A stretch of 63,791 nucleotides of DNA, filler included, from Octopus bimaculoides (Eukaryota): the NCBI RefSeq assembly GCF_001194135.2. It is 8 parts of 8 records of this genome, joined end to end, with 100 filler letters (N's around TTAATTAATTAA, not from the genome) between each part and the next. Parts side by side here need not be neighbours in the genome. Positions count along the whole stretch, not along the records: positions 47,234 to 55,713 come from NC_068997.1; positions 55,814 to 59,825 come from NC_069007.1; positions 59,926 to 61,806 come from NC_068985.1; 5 more parts are not named here. One strand, 5' to 3'. This document shows positions 49,000 through 61,400 of this stretch, in pieces. The position numbers and the translations under genes are program-made. Position 1 is the first letter of the stretch. The number at the start of each line of letters is the position of its first letter. The notes beneath the pieces are model-generated. The model worked only from the letters and a program-made list of their open reading frames with translations. It made no database searches and was not told where the DNA came from.

Positions 49000-49490
49000 T
49001 CACATGTTTACCCGAGTCTGATCCTGACTGAATTTTCCATTCTCTTGGACTTGCATATCTTAAGCACTTCCAGACCTTTCAGCGCTTCTCATCCACATCG
49101 CAGCACTCCACCTAGATTACCACTGGATCTTCGTACTCTTTTGGATTCTACCTTCACGAATCCCACTGGCTATTTTTGTTCATGGAAATCACTGTAATCT
49201 ACCACAACTTTTGAACTTGCTGAACTTTCTGAACTTTTAAACTCCGTGCGTTAATACTTAGCCATTGACTCTCCTTTTTAACTTTTTTCTTCCTTTTTGT
49301 CTCCCATTTTACCTCTGAACTCAACACGTTTTATTCATTCTCTCTCTGTTTATTTCCTCTTACACCGTTCTGTCGTAGAGCGTAGGCTCGAAACGTAAAA
49401 AACTTTTCCATTTTTCCGAGCTCAGACCAATACACTTGCTTCTTGTTCCTACACCTGCCTTCATCTTTGTTTTTCTATAAATTTGAACTA
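49000..49490 (+). repeat. Pyrimidine-rich retroelement 3' region with hammerhead-like vestige (49370-49397)
   Basis: CTGTCGTA-GAGC-GTAG-GCTC-GAAAC-GT-A; family assignment from memory only. Confidence 0.4.
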
Positions 49491-49497
49491 CATTTAT

Positions 49498-49640
49498 ATG
49501 ACGGGCTACTTTCTGTTTCCGTCTACCTAATCTATTCACAAGGGTTTGGTCGGCCCGTGGCTATTGTAGAAGGTGCCACACAGTTGCATTGAACCCTGAA
49601 CCATTTGGTTGGGAAATAAGCTACTTACCCCAGAGCCATA
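49498..49640 (-). mobile_element. SINE family A 5' half
   Basis: TTTCCGTCTACC..CACAAGG.TTTGGTCGGCCC..GGTGCCAC.CAGT.G.ATTGAACCC.GAACCAT. Confidence 0.75.
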
Positions 49641-51105
49641 TCTATATCTATATAGATATGCGTGTGTGTGCGTGTGTAAATGTATGTATGTGTGTTTATA
49701 CCTACCAGATTTTAAGATATATATACTATGGTCGATTTCTTCGACTAAAACATTTCAAGGTGGAACCCCTCAAAGTTAAAGTCCGGTAACTGAAAGAAGA
49801 GAAAGAGAAAAGAAAGAATCTATCTTTTGTGCAAATGTGTGGGTTGGGAGGTCCCTCGTTTGGACTAAGCAAGTTTCAAAGTAAGTATTCTCTCTTCTAT
49901 TTGAATTGCATTTATCATTCGCCTGCTTGTTGTTCCTTTCTTGAGCAATTTGTAATCTAAAGTCTGCTTTCTCGGCTACACCATTCATTGTTCATCACCT
50001 CTATTCATTTTCTCTCCCCTGGCATTCCTCAACAGCTGTCTATTTAGAAATATTTATTAATGTATTTAAAGAAAATGACATTTAGTCACACCGAACAATT
50101 CCGAAACAGTAGTAAATTTTCAGCGTAACACTTCTAAACGTTTTCAACCCAAAGGATCTCTTGCACAAACCTCGCTAAAGTTATACTTACTTACATAGTT
50201 AAGTACTCCACTATGTACAATACAACATAGTTTATTGCTATCATTTTCTCATCATAAGCACCGACTTTTCACACGTTCCTTCGCTTCTGTCGACCAGCTC
50301 CCGCCACCTAATTGAAGCTTGTTAGTCTCCCTACTTTCTCCTATTATTTCGTCAGCAGCTATTACTGAAGGCTGAGGTGGAAATGTGAAATTCAACTTAA
50401 CTATAACCATCAAATTATAATCAACGCTTGTTTTTTATGACTGACACTTCGACTAGTTCAAGTATCTTCATTTTATCAGTAGCACAAGTCTTATTTCTGT
50501 GGTTTATGCTATCTAAGTCCGGCTACATTATTTATATATGATTATCTATCTATACGCATAACAGCCTACTTTCTTCTGTTTGAAAACCAAAACCAAATAG
50601 CTTACAGAAAGGGCTTTACACATTAATGATATCTTTAACATTTCTCTGTCACTCAAATTTCTTTTTATCATTAAACTTGCTTTTCAATGAAATACTAAAA
50701 CGTGGTCGATCACGAAAGAAAACACCACCAAACTATTGTCAGGGCAGCGTAAGATATTCTGCATCTGGCATTGGAATCTATTACGCCATAGAAAAAAAAA
50801 TCTTCAGATATTTAGTGAAAGATATATTTATGATATTTATGATTATATGTTACATAAGTACTCTGGTAAATAGTTATATTAAAATATGCCACTTTTCGTC
50901 TCTATCTGAACAGAATATAATCGATTTTATACATAGTTTATCAGTAATAAGTATCGACCAAATAAGACTGTAATAAATGAAATAATTTCATAAAGTTTAC
51001 ATAATAATTCTTTCTTTCCATCTCTCTCTAAATATATTGTCTACGTGTATGTGCACCGTGTTTGCTTACGTATTCATTTCTAAACATAAAAGCGTGTGTG
51101 TGTGT

Positions 51106-51137
<32 letters not shown>

Positions 51138-51551
51138 NNNNNNNNNNNNNNNNNNNNNNNNNNNNNNNNNNNNNNNNNNNNNNNNNNNNNNNNNNNNNNN
51201 NNNNNNNNNNNNNNNNNNNNNNNNNNNNNNNNNNNNNNNNNNNNNNNNNNNNNNNNNNNNNNNNNNNNNNNNNNNNNNNNNNNNNNNNNNNNNNNNNNNN
51301 NNNNNNNNNNNNNNNNNNNNNNNNNNNNNNNNNNNNNNNNNNNNNNNNNNNNNNNNNNNNNNNNNNNNNNNNNNNNNNNNNNNNNNNNNNNNNNNNNNNN
51401 NNNNNNNNNNNNNNNNNNNNNNNNAGAGCAGGAAAATTACATCATAAAATCATCACAGAAGATATACGTCCAAAATAATATTGTATTAATAGATAGATGT
51501 ATAAATATATAAAGTATGATTATTTAAAAGGTTTAAAAGTTTAAAATATCT

Positions 51552-51634
51552 TACGATCGTTTCATGAATGTGTTACCTTTCGAAGTGGAATCTAAAATTT
51601 ATAATCATTATTAGGTAATACATCCACTCGTCAG
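51552..51634 (-). ncRNA. Minimal type I hammerhead motif, core intact, stem I weak
   Basis: CUGACGA-G-UGGAUGUAUUACC..GGUAACACAUUCA-U-GAA-AC-GAUC-GU-A. Stem II 12/13 plus a G.U closing pair; palindromic stem III ACGAUCGU; GUA triplet. Confidence 0.6.
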
Positions 51635-52494
51635 AAAGAAAGAGGGTGAATCTCCGTGTAGTCAATCGAATGCTATTCAAAAATATATGAAAAATATAAA
51701 AAAATTTACACACACCCATTATGGATTACCGCAGAGAATTTTACCACGGATGTATATAATTTCTTCAAAATTTTTAGCGCAAGACTTTTTATATACATAG
51801 GCATGTTTCTCGTTACGCTTATGGTAAGGTTTATAAGAGGAGATCAGGACTAGGGAAGCTTTATACAGATTATTAGCTATTGTGATTTTCAGGCCTAATT
51901 CACTAAAGGTAGAAGTAAGTTATTTCCAAAATCTATCAAGGGTGTGATCATCACAGCCATGGGAAATACGGAAACCGCCGTCATGGTATAGACAAACGTC
52001 TGTTTAATACAAAGAGACACAAGGTTGCAGACGTCAGCACTTATCAGTAACTTATACTTACAGACATAGAATAACTAAAATTACACTATACAATGTGACG
52101 CTCTCTTGGGTTGCAATTTAAGGGATATTTAACAAGCAAGTTTAATGTCGAACCATTAATTAGATTGCATTGAAAAATGTGTCTCTATCACGTGACACAT
52201 TTTCCGTTCAGTCGATGAAAATATCATGTATTCACTCTGTTGACTGAAATGTACTTGGTAAAAGTACAAAAAGAGAGCACTCGTCATCATACTAGGCCAT
52301 ATCTTAACACCATAAACCATTGCATGCCACACTGTACACTCTTTTAATTATATTACCACATGGATGCTACGCCCCTACAATAACATGTTTTCATTTCCCT
52401 TAGTTACCACACCCTCATCTTTAATATTTCATGCCTAATTACGAAAACAAAACATATCTACGGAAAAACGAGCTTAGTTTTGCAGCTATTTATG

Positions 52495-52536
52495 TACACA
52501 CACAGACACACACACACACACACACGCAGAGACACA

Positions 52537-52590
<54 letters not shown>

Positions 52591-52653
52591 GATATATATA
52601 GAGAGAGAGGGAGAGATAGACAGACAGACAGACAGTTGGACAGATAGATAGAG

Positions 52654-52691
<38 letters not shown>

Positions 52692-52760
52692 AGAGAGAGA
52701 GAGTGTGTGTGCATGTGTGTGTATATGTGGTGTGTGCGCGTACGTACACGCGCGCTCACA
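52495..52760. repeat. Compound microsatellite (AC, AT, AGAC, AG)
   Basis: Direct reading. Confidence 0.9.
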
Positions 52761-53339
52761 CAAAGACTCTTTTACATCCCAAAGCTTCATTCGTCGTTAC
52801 ATATTTCTCATGTTCTTTGATATGCATAGATTATTACTAAGTGTCGTTTCAATATTTGAATCCAGATGTCAGTGAAAACTAAAAACAGGTTTCTGTTTTT
52901 TTTTTTTATCGAGATAAATTCATTAAAGGCTTCTCAAAATAACACCGAATTTTATAGAATAAGACTTATGCCAAATACCAAGAAATAATAAAATAGTCAC
53001 TTACTTTAAGAATATCTTATTTCTCGTGCAATCGTATTTCACAGAGTGTTATCACGAAAGTGAGTTTTATTTTCTTGCGTGTTCTTTGCATTTCATCGTG
53101 CTGCTTTCTTTTATTTCATAATCGTTGTATTTATTACCTCTCCGTGGATAGATGCTGAAGTGTAACAGTGCCGATTTGTTTCAGAGTGTAAAGGTACCAA
53201 TGTAATGACACTCCCAAACTTCCTGTGCTTTTACTAAAATTTGAAACCAATATATTACTTTTAACACATTCGCATTTAACGACTTCTTTGAATGACGTCA
53301 ATTTATAAATGAATGTACTCTTCTCTATGGTTAGTCCAT

Positions 53340-53728
53340 GTGGAGGCGCAATGGCCCAGTGGTTAGGGCAACGGACTCGCGGTCATAGGATCGCGGTTTC
53401 GATTCCCAGACCGGGCGTTCTGAGTGTTTACTGAGCAAAAACACCTAAAGCTCCACGAGGCTCCGGCAGGGGATGGTGCTGAACCCTATTGTAATTTTTC
53501 ACCACAACTTTCTCTCACCCTTACTTCCTGTTTCTCTTGTGCCTGTAATTCAAAGGGTCAGCCTTGTCACACTGTGTCACGCTGAATCTCCCCGAGAACT
53601 ACGTTAAGGGTACACGTGTCTGTGGAGTGCTCAGCCACTTGCACGTTAATTTCACGAGCAGGCTGTTCCGTTGATCGGATCAAGTGGAATCCTCGACGTC
53701 GTAAGCGACGGAGTGCCAACAACAACAA
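53340..53728 (+). mobile_element. Full-length tRNA-derived SINE family C with 9-bp TSD
   Basis: A-box TGGCCCAGTGG (53352-53362), B-box-like GTTTCGATTCC (53396-53406), (CAA)n tail, TSD TTAGTCCAT at 53331-53339 and 53730-53738. Confidence 0.93.
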
Positions 53729-53729
53729 A

Positions 53730-54170
53730 TTAGTCCATATTACTCCGGAAAGGACATAGGGCCGCGACCATTTTATACCAGTGAACACGATATTGTACTA
53801 CCTCCTTGATTTCAGACCAAGAGAGACCGATTACTTTGGCTTCATATTTCACGCATACTTTCCAGGATTTCTTAGGTCGTCCAACTTTCCTCTTTCCTTC
53901 GGGTTTGTGAGTCTGACACTTGTCTTGCAATGCTGCTTGGAGGTTTCCTTAGAGTGCGACCGATCCAGACCAGTTTCTTTTTCAGTATTTTCTTGATTGA
54001 TGAGAGTTTGGTTCGTTCTCTCCCACAGACGTCATGCCTTTTGGGCACCTTGTATATATGTTACTCAAAGGGAAGCTTGTATGGCGTAGGCAGAAGCACA
54101 TTCTAACGTTTTGGTGTTATTTTAATCCATTGGCATTTAAGACTGTTCACTAAAAAATTTCGTTTTTATT
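53730..54170 (-). mobile_element. RTE-clade LINE C-terminal fragment
   Basis: KKKLVWIGRTLRKPPSSIARQ..GKRKVGRPKKSW..EAKVIGLSWSEIKEVVQYRVHW..MVAALC..SNMD*. Confidence 0.88.
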
Positions 54171-54903
54171 GTTTCTCATTAGTCAATATCAAAAAGACTT
54201 ATTTGTAGTTATATTTCTTTTTACAGTATTCACTAAATATCCTGTCTTACATCCTGAAGTTAAGTTAAATTCGTGAATAAAAATGTCGATTTATTTTAAG
54301 AGAGTCATATAAAGTGCCTCGTATATGCATTGCTTCAATTTAAAGGTGTTCGTTATACTCATCATCCAGATGCTTGCAATATTCTTTCTGAAACCTCTCC
54401 ACCCTTAACCAGTACGATTCATTTCATTCTATGGGTGAATAGCGTTAAAAACAATAATCTTACGTGAAATCTCTTCTTAATCTTGCTCGGCACGAATATA
54501 TAAGAACATGTCAGTTTAAGCGTTCACACACAAAGACATACATACATTAATATATANNNNNNNNNNNNNNNNNNNNNNNNNNNNNNNNNNNNNNNNNNNN
54601 NNNNNNNNNNNNNNNNNNNNNNNNNNNNNNNNNNNNNNNNNNNNNNNNNNNNNNNNNNNNNNNNNNNNNNNNNNNNNNNNNNNNNNNNNNNNNNNNNNNN
54701 NNNNNNNNNNNNNNNNNNNNNNNNNNNNNNNNNNNNNNNNNNNNNNNNNNNNNNNNATATATATATATACATGCATATATATATATATATATTTATTTAT
54801 GCATATATGTACATACATACGTACATACATATATATCCATGCATAAGTACATACATATGTATGCATACATAAATACAGATATACAAATAAATATATGCCT
54901 AGA

Positions 54904-54955
<52 letters not shown>

Positions 54956-55713
54956 ACATTTGAGCAACATAGACAAATACAGGTAAGTCAAATACCATAT
55001 AACATACAATCCTGTTATATTAAGCTGCCTCGAAGGGAGATAACCTTAAGAATCAAGAAAAGTTGACATGAATATGCGTCCGTGTGCGCGCCTGCGCGTC
55101 TGCGTATATGTATATGATATATACTATATATGCATGTGTATGAATGCATATGAGGTGCATTTGTGTTTTTTTTAATATTATTTTAATTTTAAATATTTTA
55201 CTTGTTTTATTTGGGCCGTACTCAAGATACTGAGATAAGTATCCAGCTGTTATCTTCAATTAATTCTAAGAGTGCTCCAGACATTAACAAAAACTCGTGT
55301 TTCTAAGACAACATACGTTGCCCCGAGTAGCATAGATGGAAAGTAAGTGGTCTATTCAATATGTATTATACTAACAAAAGAGAAATTGATAGTAAATACT
55401 ATTGAGAAATATCATGTAAAGACAAAAAAACAACAAAATAAATGAGTCAACTGCATATAAGTGTACTAGATGACCAATAAGATTCGATAAGCTGTTTGTA
55501 CAGCACTATGTTTGTGTGTGTGAGTGTGTGTGCGAACACTTGTTCGCATATGTATATCGGTGTGTATGTGCGTGCGTTTGTGTGTGTGTGTGTGTGAAGA
55601 AGCCTATCTATCCATCTATCTATCTCTCCCCCCCCCACGTTTTTTTTTCTTCCCGCGATCCCTTTTGATCGAAATCCCCACTTTTTTTTCCGCGATCCCT
55701 TTTGATCGAAATT

Positions 55714-55813
55714 NNNNNNNNNNNNNNNNNNNNNNNNNNNNNNNNNNNNNNNNNNNNTTAATTAATTAANNNNNNNNNNNNNNNNNNNNNNNNNNNNNNN
55801 NNNNNNNNNNNNN
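55714..55813. other. Artificial 100-bp join spacer
   Basis: N44-TTAATTAATTAA-N44. Confidence 0.97.
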
Positions 55814-56179
55814 TATATATATATATATATATTCGTCAGTAGACGATGTACGTTGCTGCTTTTCCGTATGTATGCGTGTATATAAGTATGTTCATATCTT
55901 CATCTATTAATGTATTATATCTATGTGAGTGAATGTGAGCATGCGTGTATGAGTGTTTGTTAGTGAGTATGTGTGTATATGTATGTGTGTGTGTGTGTAT
56001 GTGTGTGTGTGTTAATAAATTAGATTACGAAATTCATATATGCTCAATGAATATATCTTATTTTATCCGTGTAAATGTATAATTATCTATTGCAGAGTAT
56101 TTTTTATAAATGTATGCACATATATTTATTTACAGTAATATCCACATGTATATATATATATATATGAATACGAACATGG

Positions 56180-56224
<45 letters not shown>

Positions 56225-56811
56225 ATATATATTATATATATATATAAATACGATAGAAATGCGAGATAGATAGATAAATAGATAGGTTGGTAGGTAGGTA
56301 AGTANNNNNNNNNNNNNNNNNNNNNNNNNNNNNNNNNNNNNNNNNNNNNNNNNNNNNNNNNNNNNNNNNNNNNNNNNNNNNNNNNNNNNNNNNNNNNNNN
56401 NNNNNNNNNNNNNNNNNNNNNNNNNNNNNNNNNNNNNNNNNNNNNNNNNNNNNNNNNNNNNNNNNNNNNNNNNNNNNNNNNNNNNNNNNNNNNNNNNNNN
56501 NNNNNNNNNNNNNNNNNNNNNNNNNNNNNNNNNNNNNNNNNNNNNNNNNNNNNNNNNNNNNNNNNNNNNNNNNNNNNNNNNNNNNNNNNNNNNNNNNNNN
56601 NNNNNNNNNNNNNNNNNNNNNNNNNNNNNNNNNNNNNNNNNNNNNNNNNNNNNNNNNNNNNNNNNNNNNNNNNNNNNNNNNNNNNNNNNNNNNNNNNNNN
56701 NNNNNNNNNNNNNNNNNNNNNNNNNNNNNNNNNNNNNNNNNNNNNNNNNNNNNNNNNNNNNNNNNNNNNNNNNNNNNNNNNNNNNNNNNNNNNNNNNNNN
56801 NNNNNNNNNNN

Positions 56812-57060
56812 ATTTGTGTGTGTGTGTGTATCTCTTTGTGCGTATGTATGTGTGTATCTGTGTGTGTATCTGTATGTATATGTATGTGTGTGTGTATCTG
56901 TGTGTGTATCTGTATGTATATCTATGTGTGTGTGTATCTGTGTGTGTATCTGTGTGTATATGTGTGTATCTTTATGCATCTGTGTGTATATGTGTGTGTA
57001 TCTGAATGTATCTGTATGTGTGTGTGTTTGTGTGTCTGTGCATGTATGAATGTACGTATG
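56812..57060. repeat. Degenerate (TGTGTGTATC)n / TG-rich tandem repeat
   Basis: Direct reading. Confidence 0.85.
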
Positions 57061-58473
57061 CTTCTGTGTGTTTCTATATATGTATATATGTTTACCTCAC
57101 TCTCTCTGTCTGTCTCTGATATGTTAGAATACAACGGAGATGTAAGAATCGAAATATTAAAAAGAAGAAAAACGTGTGCAATTTGGTGCTACATCATCAA
57201 ACCTTTAAGGATGTAGTTGAGATTGTAAAAATTTTTAAGCATCCAGCAATCGCCCTTTCCTTCATCCAGTTAATGTAGTTCTATTAAATCTTTTAATTTT
57301 GATGACTTCGTCCGTTAAAACAAGATTACGCTAGAAAGCCCAAACTGTATTTGTTTACTTGTTTGTAATTAAAAACCAAAATAGATATTAAAACCGGTTA
57401 AGAATTATATCGCAGATAATGTTAGCAGTATAAAGTAAAACGAATACAGATTCAGGGAGGGACATTTTGAGAATTCTAATACATTCCAAAGTATTACCAT
57501 AACAGAACCAAGGCAGAACCAAATGGAAATTTATGAAAATGAGATAATGTATATATATATATATACAAAAAAGAAGAATCTCAAGAAACAGTAAGATCTA
57601 ACGAAGAAAGAATGTACATGTAAAAGGAAAATGATCGTACTGGAAGGACTATTGCACATGTTTGCTCTACCATAGCCTAGGGCGGATTCATTGTGATGAG
57701 TGGAAACCGGTCGAATCAAATTATACAGAATCCTATCAAATAAGCAAGTATATAAATATATATGTATGCATGTATACTTTCACGTATGTACGTATATATA
57801 TATATGTGTGTGTGTGTGGGGGGTGTATAAGAAGGGATGACCACTGAGTGGACATCCAATATGCTAGAAAGAGATCATGAACATCCCAACCACAAAGAAA
57901 AATAATGTTCTCCAGAAAAAAATTCCGCAAAACACCAGAACAAGACAAAATGAGAAATATACAGAATAATGAATTAATTGTGTACCGGTTTCTAACATTA
58001 ACGTCTTACTTACGTAACAACATCCGTGTTCTCATCAACACAATCGTTGCTTGCGTGACAGTGTATATATGAATTTATGTATCTATCTATGTTTCTGTAT
58101 ATGTATGTATCTCATTATTCGGATTTATTTTAAGATTTCTTGCCAATAGAGAAAGATTCGGTTTCTAACCTCGATCCATTCTTCGATTATTGGAATTTCA
58201 CTAACATCAACCAAGTATCTGGGTCTGTGTGTAATGTTTGAAATCAGTGCATGGGTAGATTTGTATGTTTTGATTTATATGTATATCCCCGTGCATCTGC
58301 ATATAATCGCGTGTCGGAACATGCTCATGTAATCTTAAATGGTAAACCATTTTTCAGTTCCAGTGACGGCTGGGTCTATAGACATCGGATCAGCTTTCTC
58401 CTTTGTTATTCAGAGGAGTTTAATTTCTCAAAGTTAGTGGTTATACATGGATATATGTACGTACATATGTATG

Positions 58474-58529
<56 letters not shown>

Positions 58530-59789
58530 TGAATATATGTATGTATGCATTTATGTAAGAGTGTAGTCTCCAGCCTTCAGGGTAACATTCAACTGTTTGG
58601 AATATATTCCTTTATAGAGACGATATAATATAGAACATAATCATTTTCCTTGTTTTCTCGTTTTAATTTGCAAGATTATTATATCCTGTTTTGTTCTTTG
58701 CCTTCTTTTGAAACAGTAGCATTTGTCTTATGTTATAATTGGAGAGAAATTTAGCTGCTTCCTCTAGCAGATCCAACGATCGAGAAATCTTCATGTTTGC
58801 TCTAGGTGATAAAGTTAAACAAAACGGCAAGTTAATTCTACTAATAATACACAAGTTATTTATGTCTTACTTTTTTTGTTCCATTCATCTCATCCTCTAA
58901 AAAAAAAACACGAAATACAGAAAATACAAATTGTTTTAACAAAAAAATAATTCTTCAGTGTTTGTCTATTCGTTTTTTACTCTGTTTTTTTTTTTTTTGC
59001 TGTGTTTTTAGTTGTTTTGGTTAATTTTATTCCCTTGCAGTTGTTTTCGTGTTATGCATCATACATTTGTTTCTTTGTGTTTTTTTTTTACTTTTATTTT
59101 CTTGTTCACCATTTCTGCTAGCGCTCCAGAGAAATCGAAACTAACTAGAACTAACTAAAGAAAAAAGAGAAAAAACACAAAGCGGGTCTCTTCAATCACG
59201 CTATGTCCGCTTGGTTGGTTTATTTTACAATTGCGAATAATCCAGCTAGGAGCATATCGCTATAACCAACAAGCATCACCAGCACCAAAACGAGCAAATT
59301 CTTCGCCAGATTTTCCAACACCACTCACTCTTCCAGGCATCACCATCACAACCATCACCATCACAACCATCACCATCCTATATAATTTTATCTCTGTTGA
59401 TGTTACGATTTACGTGTCAGGTATATTAAAAAGTTTAGCTCGTTCTACAACCTAGTACAGCTATCTATCTTAATATTAGAGACATGACCAAACATTTACT
59501 TCGAAGTCCCTAAAATGTAGTCAAACGTTATCAGCTTTATTCTAGTAGTTTCTTGCCAAAGTGACAATAAGATAACTTCTACTTACTTCGAGCTGTTTGA
59601 ATTTCCTTTTGATAATGTTCTTCTACGTTTTCATCCGCGTTCGAATACAACTAAAGTCTTCTGGATAGTAAACTACAGCCAAATTGAATGGTGTTCTGCT
59701 CTCACTCTTTCCGATCATTCTATACATATGTATGTATACATATCACACACACACACAAACACACACATTCACACAAATACATATACACA

Positions 59790-59825
<36 letters not shown>

Positions 59826-59925
59826 NNNNNNNNNNNNNNNNNNNNNNNNNNNNNNNNNNNNNNNNNNNNTTAATTAATTAANNNNNNNNNNNNNNNNNNN
59901 NNNNNNNNNNNNNNNNNNNNNNNNN
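59826..59925. other. Artificial 100-bp join spacer
   Basis: N44-TTAATTAATTAA-N44. Confidence 0.97.
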
Positions 59926-59943
59926 ATATATATATATACATAC

Positions 59944-59982
<39 letters not shown>

Positions 59983-60086
59983 CTATATAGTACATGTATG
60001 TATTTATTGGTAGGTAGAAAAACTAGCCAGACAGAGATGTAGACAGACACATATGTCTGTGCGCGTGAATGCGCATATATATGTTG

Positions 60087-60118
<32 letters not shown>

Positions 60119-60489
60119 TGTATGTATATATGTATGTATGCATGTATATATATTAATATCTAGACATGATATAATGTTGCGTTATATCTATATTTGATGA
60201 CACTATAATATAATGGAATATATAATATGAGGTCAAGAATGTCGGTTGTCTGAACCGTCGCTGTTGGCTCACCAGTTCGGGTTTAAGTAACCTCGGTTGG
60301 GTCACTGAGTGCATGAAAGTGGTTTAATTTTATAGATCAGTAACACCTGAAGACCCCGGGTCAGATAACGAATAAAGCGTCGCAGCTGATACACGGTGTG
60401 TAACCTGCACGTGCGTATACACACAGACATATGCGGGGGTGTATATGTGTGTATTCGCAAATAGAGAGAAAGGGAGGGTGGAGGGAGAG

Positions 60490-60569
60490 AAAGAGACAGA
60501 GACAGACAAGTAGACAGTCAGACACTTAGACAAACACAGACATGCAGACAGACGGTCAGACAGACAGAC

Positions 60570-60604
<35 letters not shown>

Positions 60605-60644
60605 TAGATAGATAGATAGATAGATAGATTGATAGATAGTTAGT

Positions 60645-60690
<46 letters not shown>

Positions 60691-60715
60691 CATACATACA
60701 TACATACATACATAC
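60490..60715. repeat. Graded microsatellite (AGAC)n to (AGAT)n to (ACAT)n
   Basis: Direct reading. Confidence 0.92.
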
Positions 60716-61119
60716 AACGAACTGCCTCAACAAAAACCTGGAAAAATTAGGGATCTCAAAACCTGAAAGAAAAAGGCTGATTAGAAGACTACAGATTCAA
60801 GCCATCAATGGAACTGTAAAGATATGTAAAACTTTCCAAAAATTTAGCACATAAATACATATGCATGCATCTAGACATAAAAACGCATCCATAAAACAAA
60901 CATACAAATCTGCGCATACACTAACACCAAATACTGCACACACACACACACATATGCACAAATACCTCGATTTTGTTGATAAAAGTTCCAATGAAGGAGC
61001 CTTGAATCTATGGCTCTTTCTCTATGAACAAGAAATACAGAAATGAAACTGATTGATAACATACATACAAAGAGAGAATTATATAAATGTATTCATATGT
61101 GTATATATGAAAGCGCGCA

Positions 61120-61400
61120 GGTTATTGGGTAGGGTGCTCGGCTCGTGATCGCAAGATCGTGAGTTCGATTCCTGGCGGTGGATTGGGCCCTTGGGCAACA
61201 CGCTTTATTTTATGTTGCTCCACTCAGTAGTATAAATGAGTTGTACCTGTAATTCAAAGGGCCGGCCTTTGTGCATCACGCTGAACCTCCCTGTGAACTA
61301 AATTAAGAGTACGTGTGTCTGTGGAGCTCTCTGCCATTTTGCGCGTCAATTTCACGGATTAACTGGAACGCTCGTCGTCGCAATCGACGAAGGACCAATT
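61120..61400 (+). mobile_element. tRNA-derived SINE with family D-like core and family C tail
   Basis: B-box GAGTTCGATTCC, CCTTGGGCAACACGCTTTATTT..TAAATGAGTTG, then CCTGTAATTCAAAGGG..CACGCTGAA..TCTGTGGAG as in family C. Confidence 0.7.

Noticed and set aside
59231-59455. ORF with ITITTI repeat
   Set aside because: Derived from a (CAC/CAT) trinucleotide-type repeat with a non-ATG start; no homology recognised.
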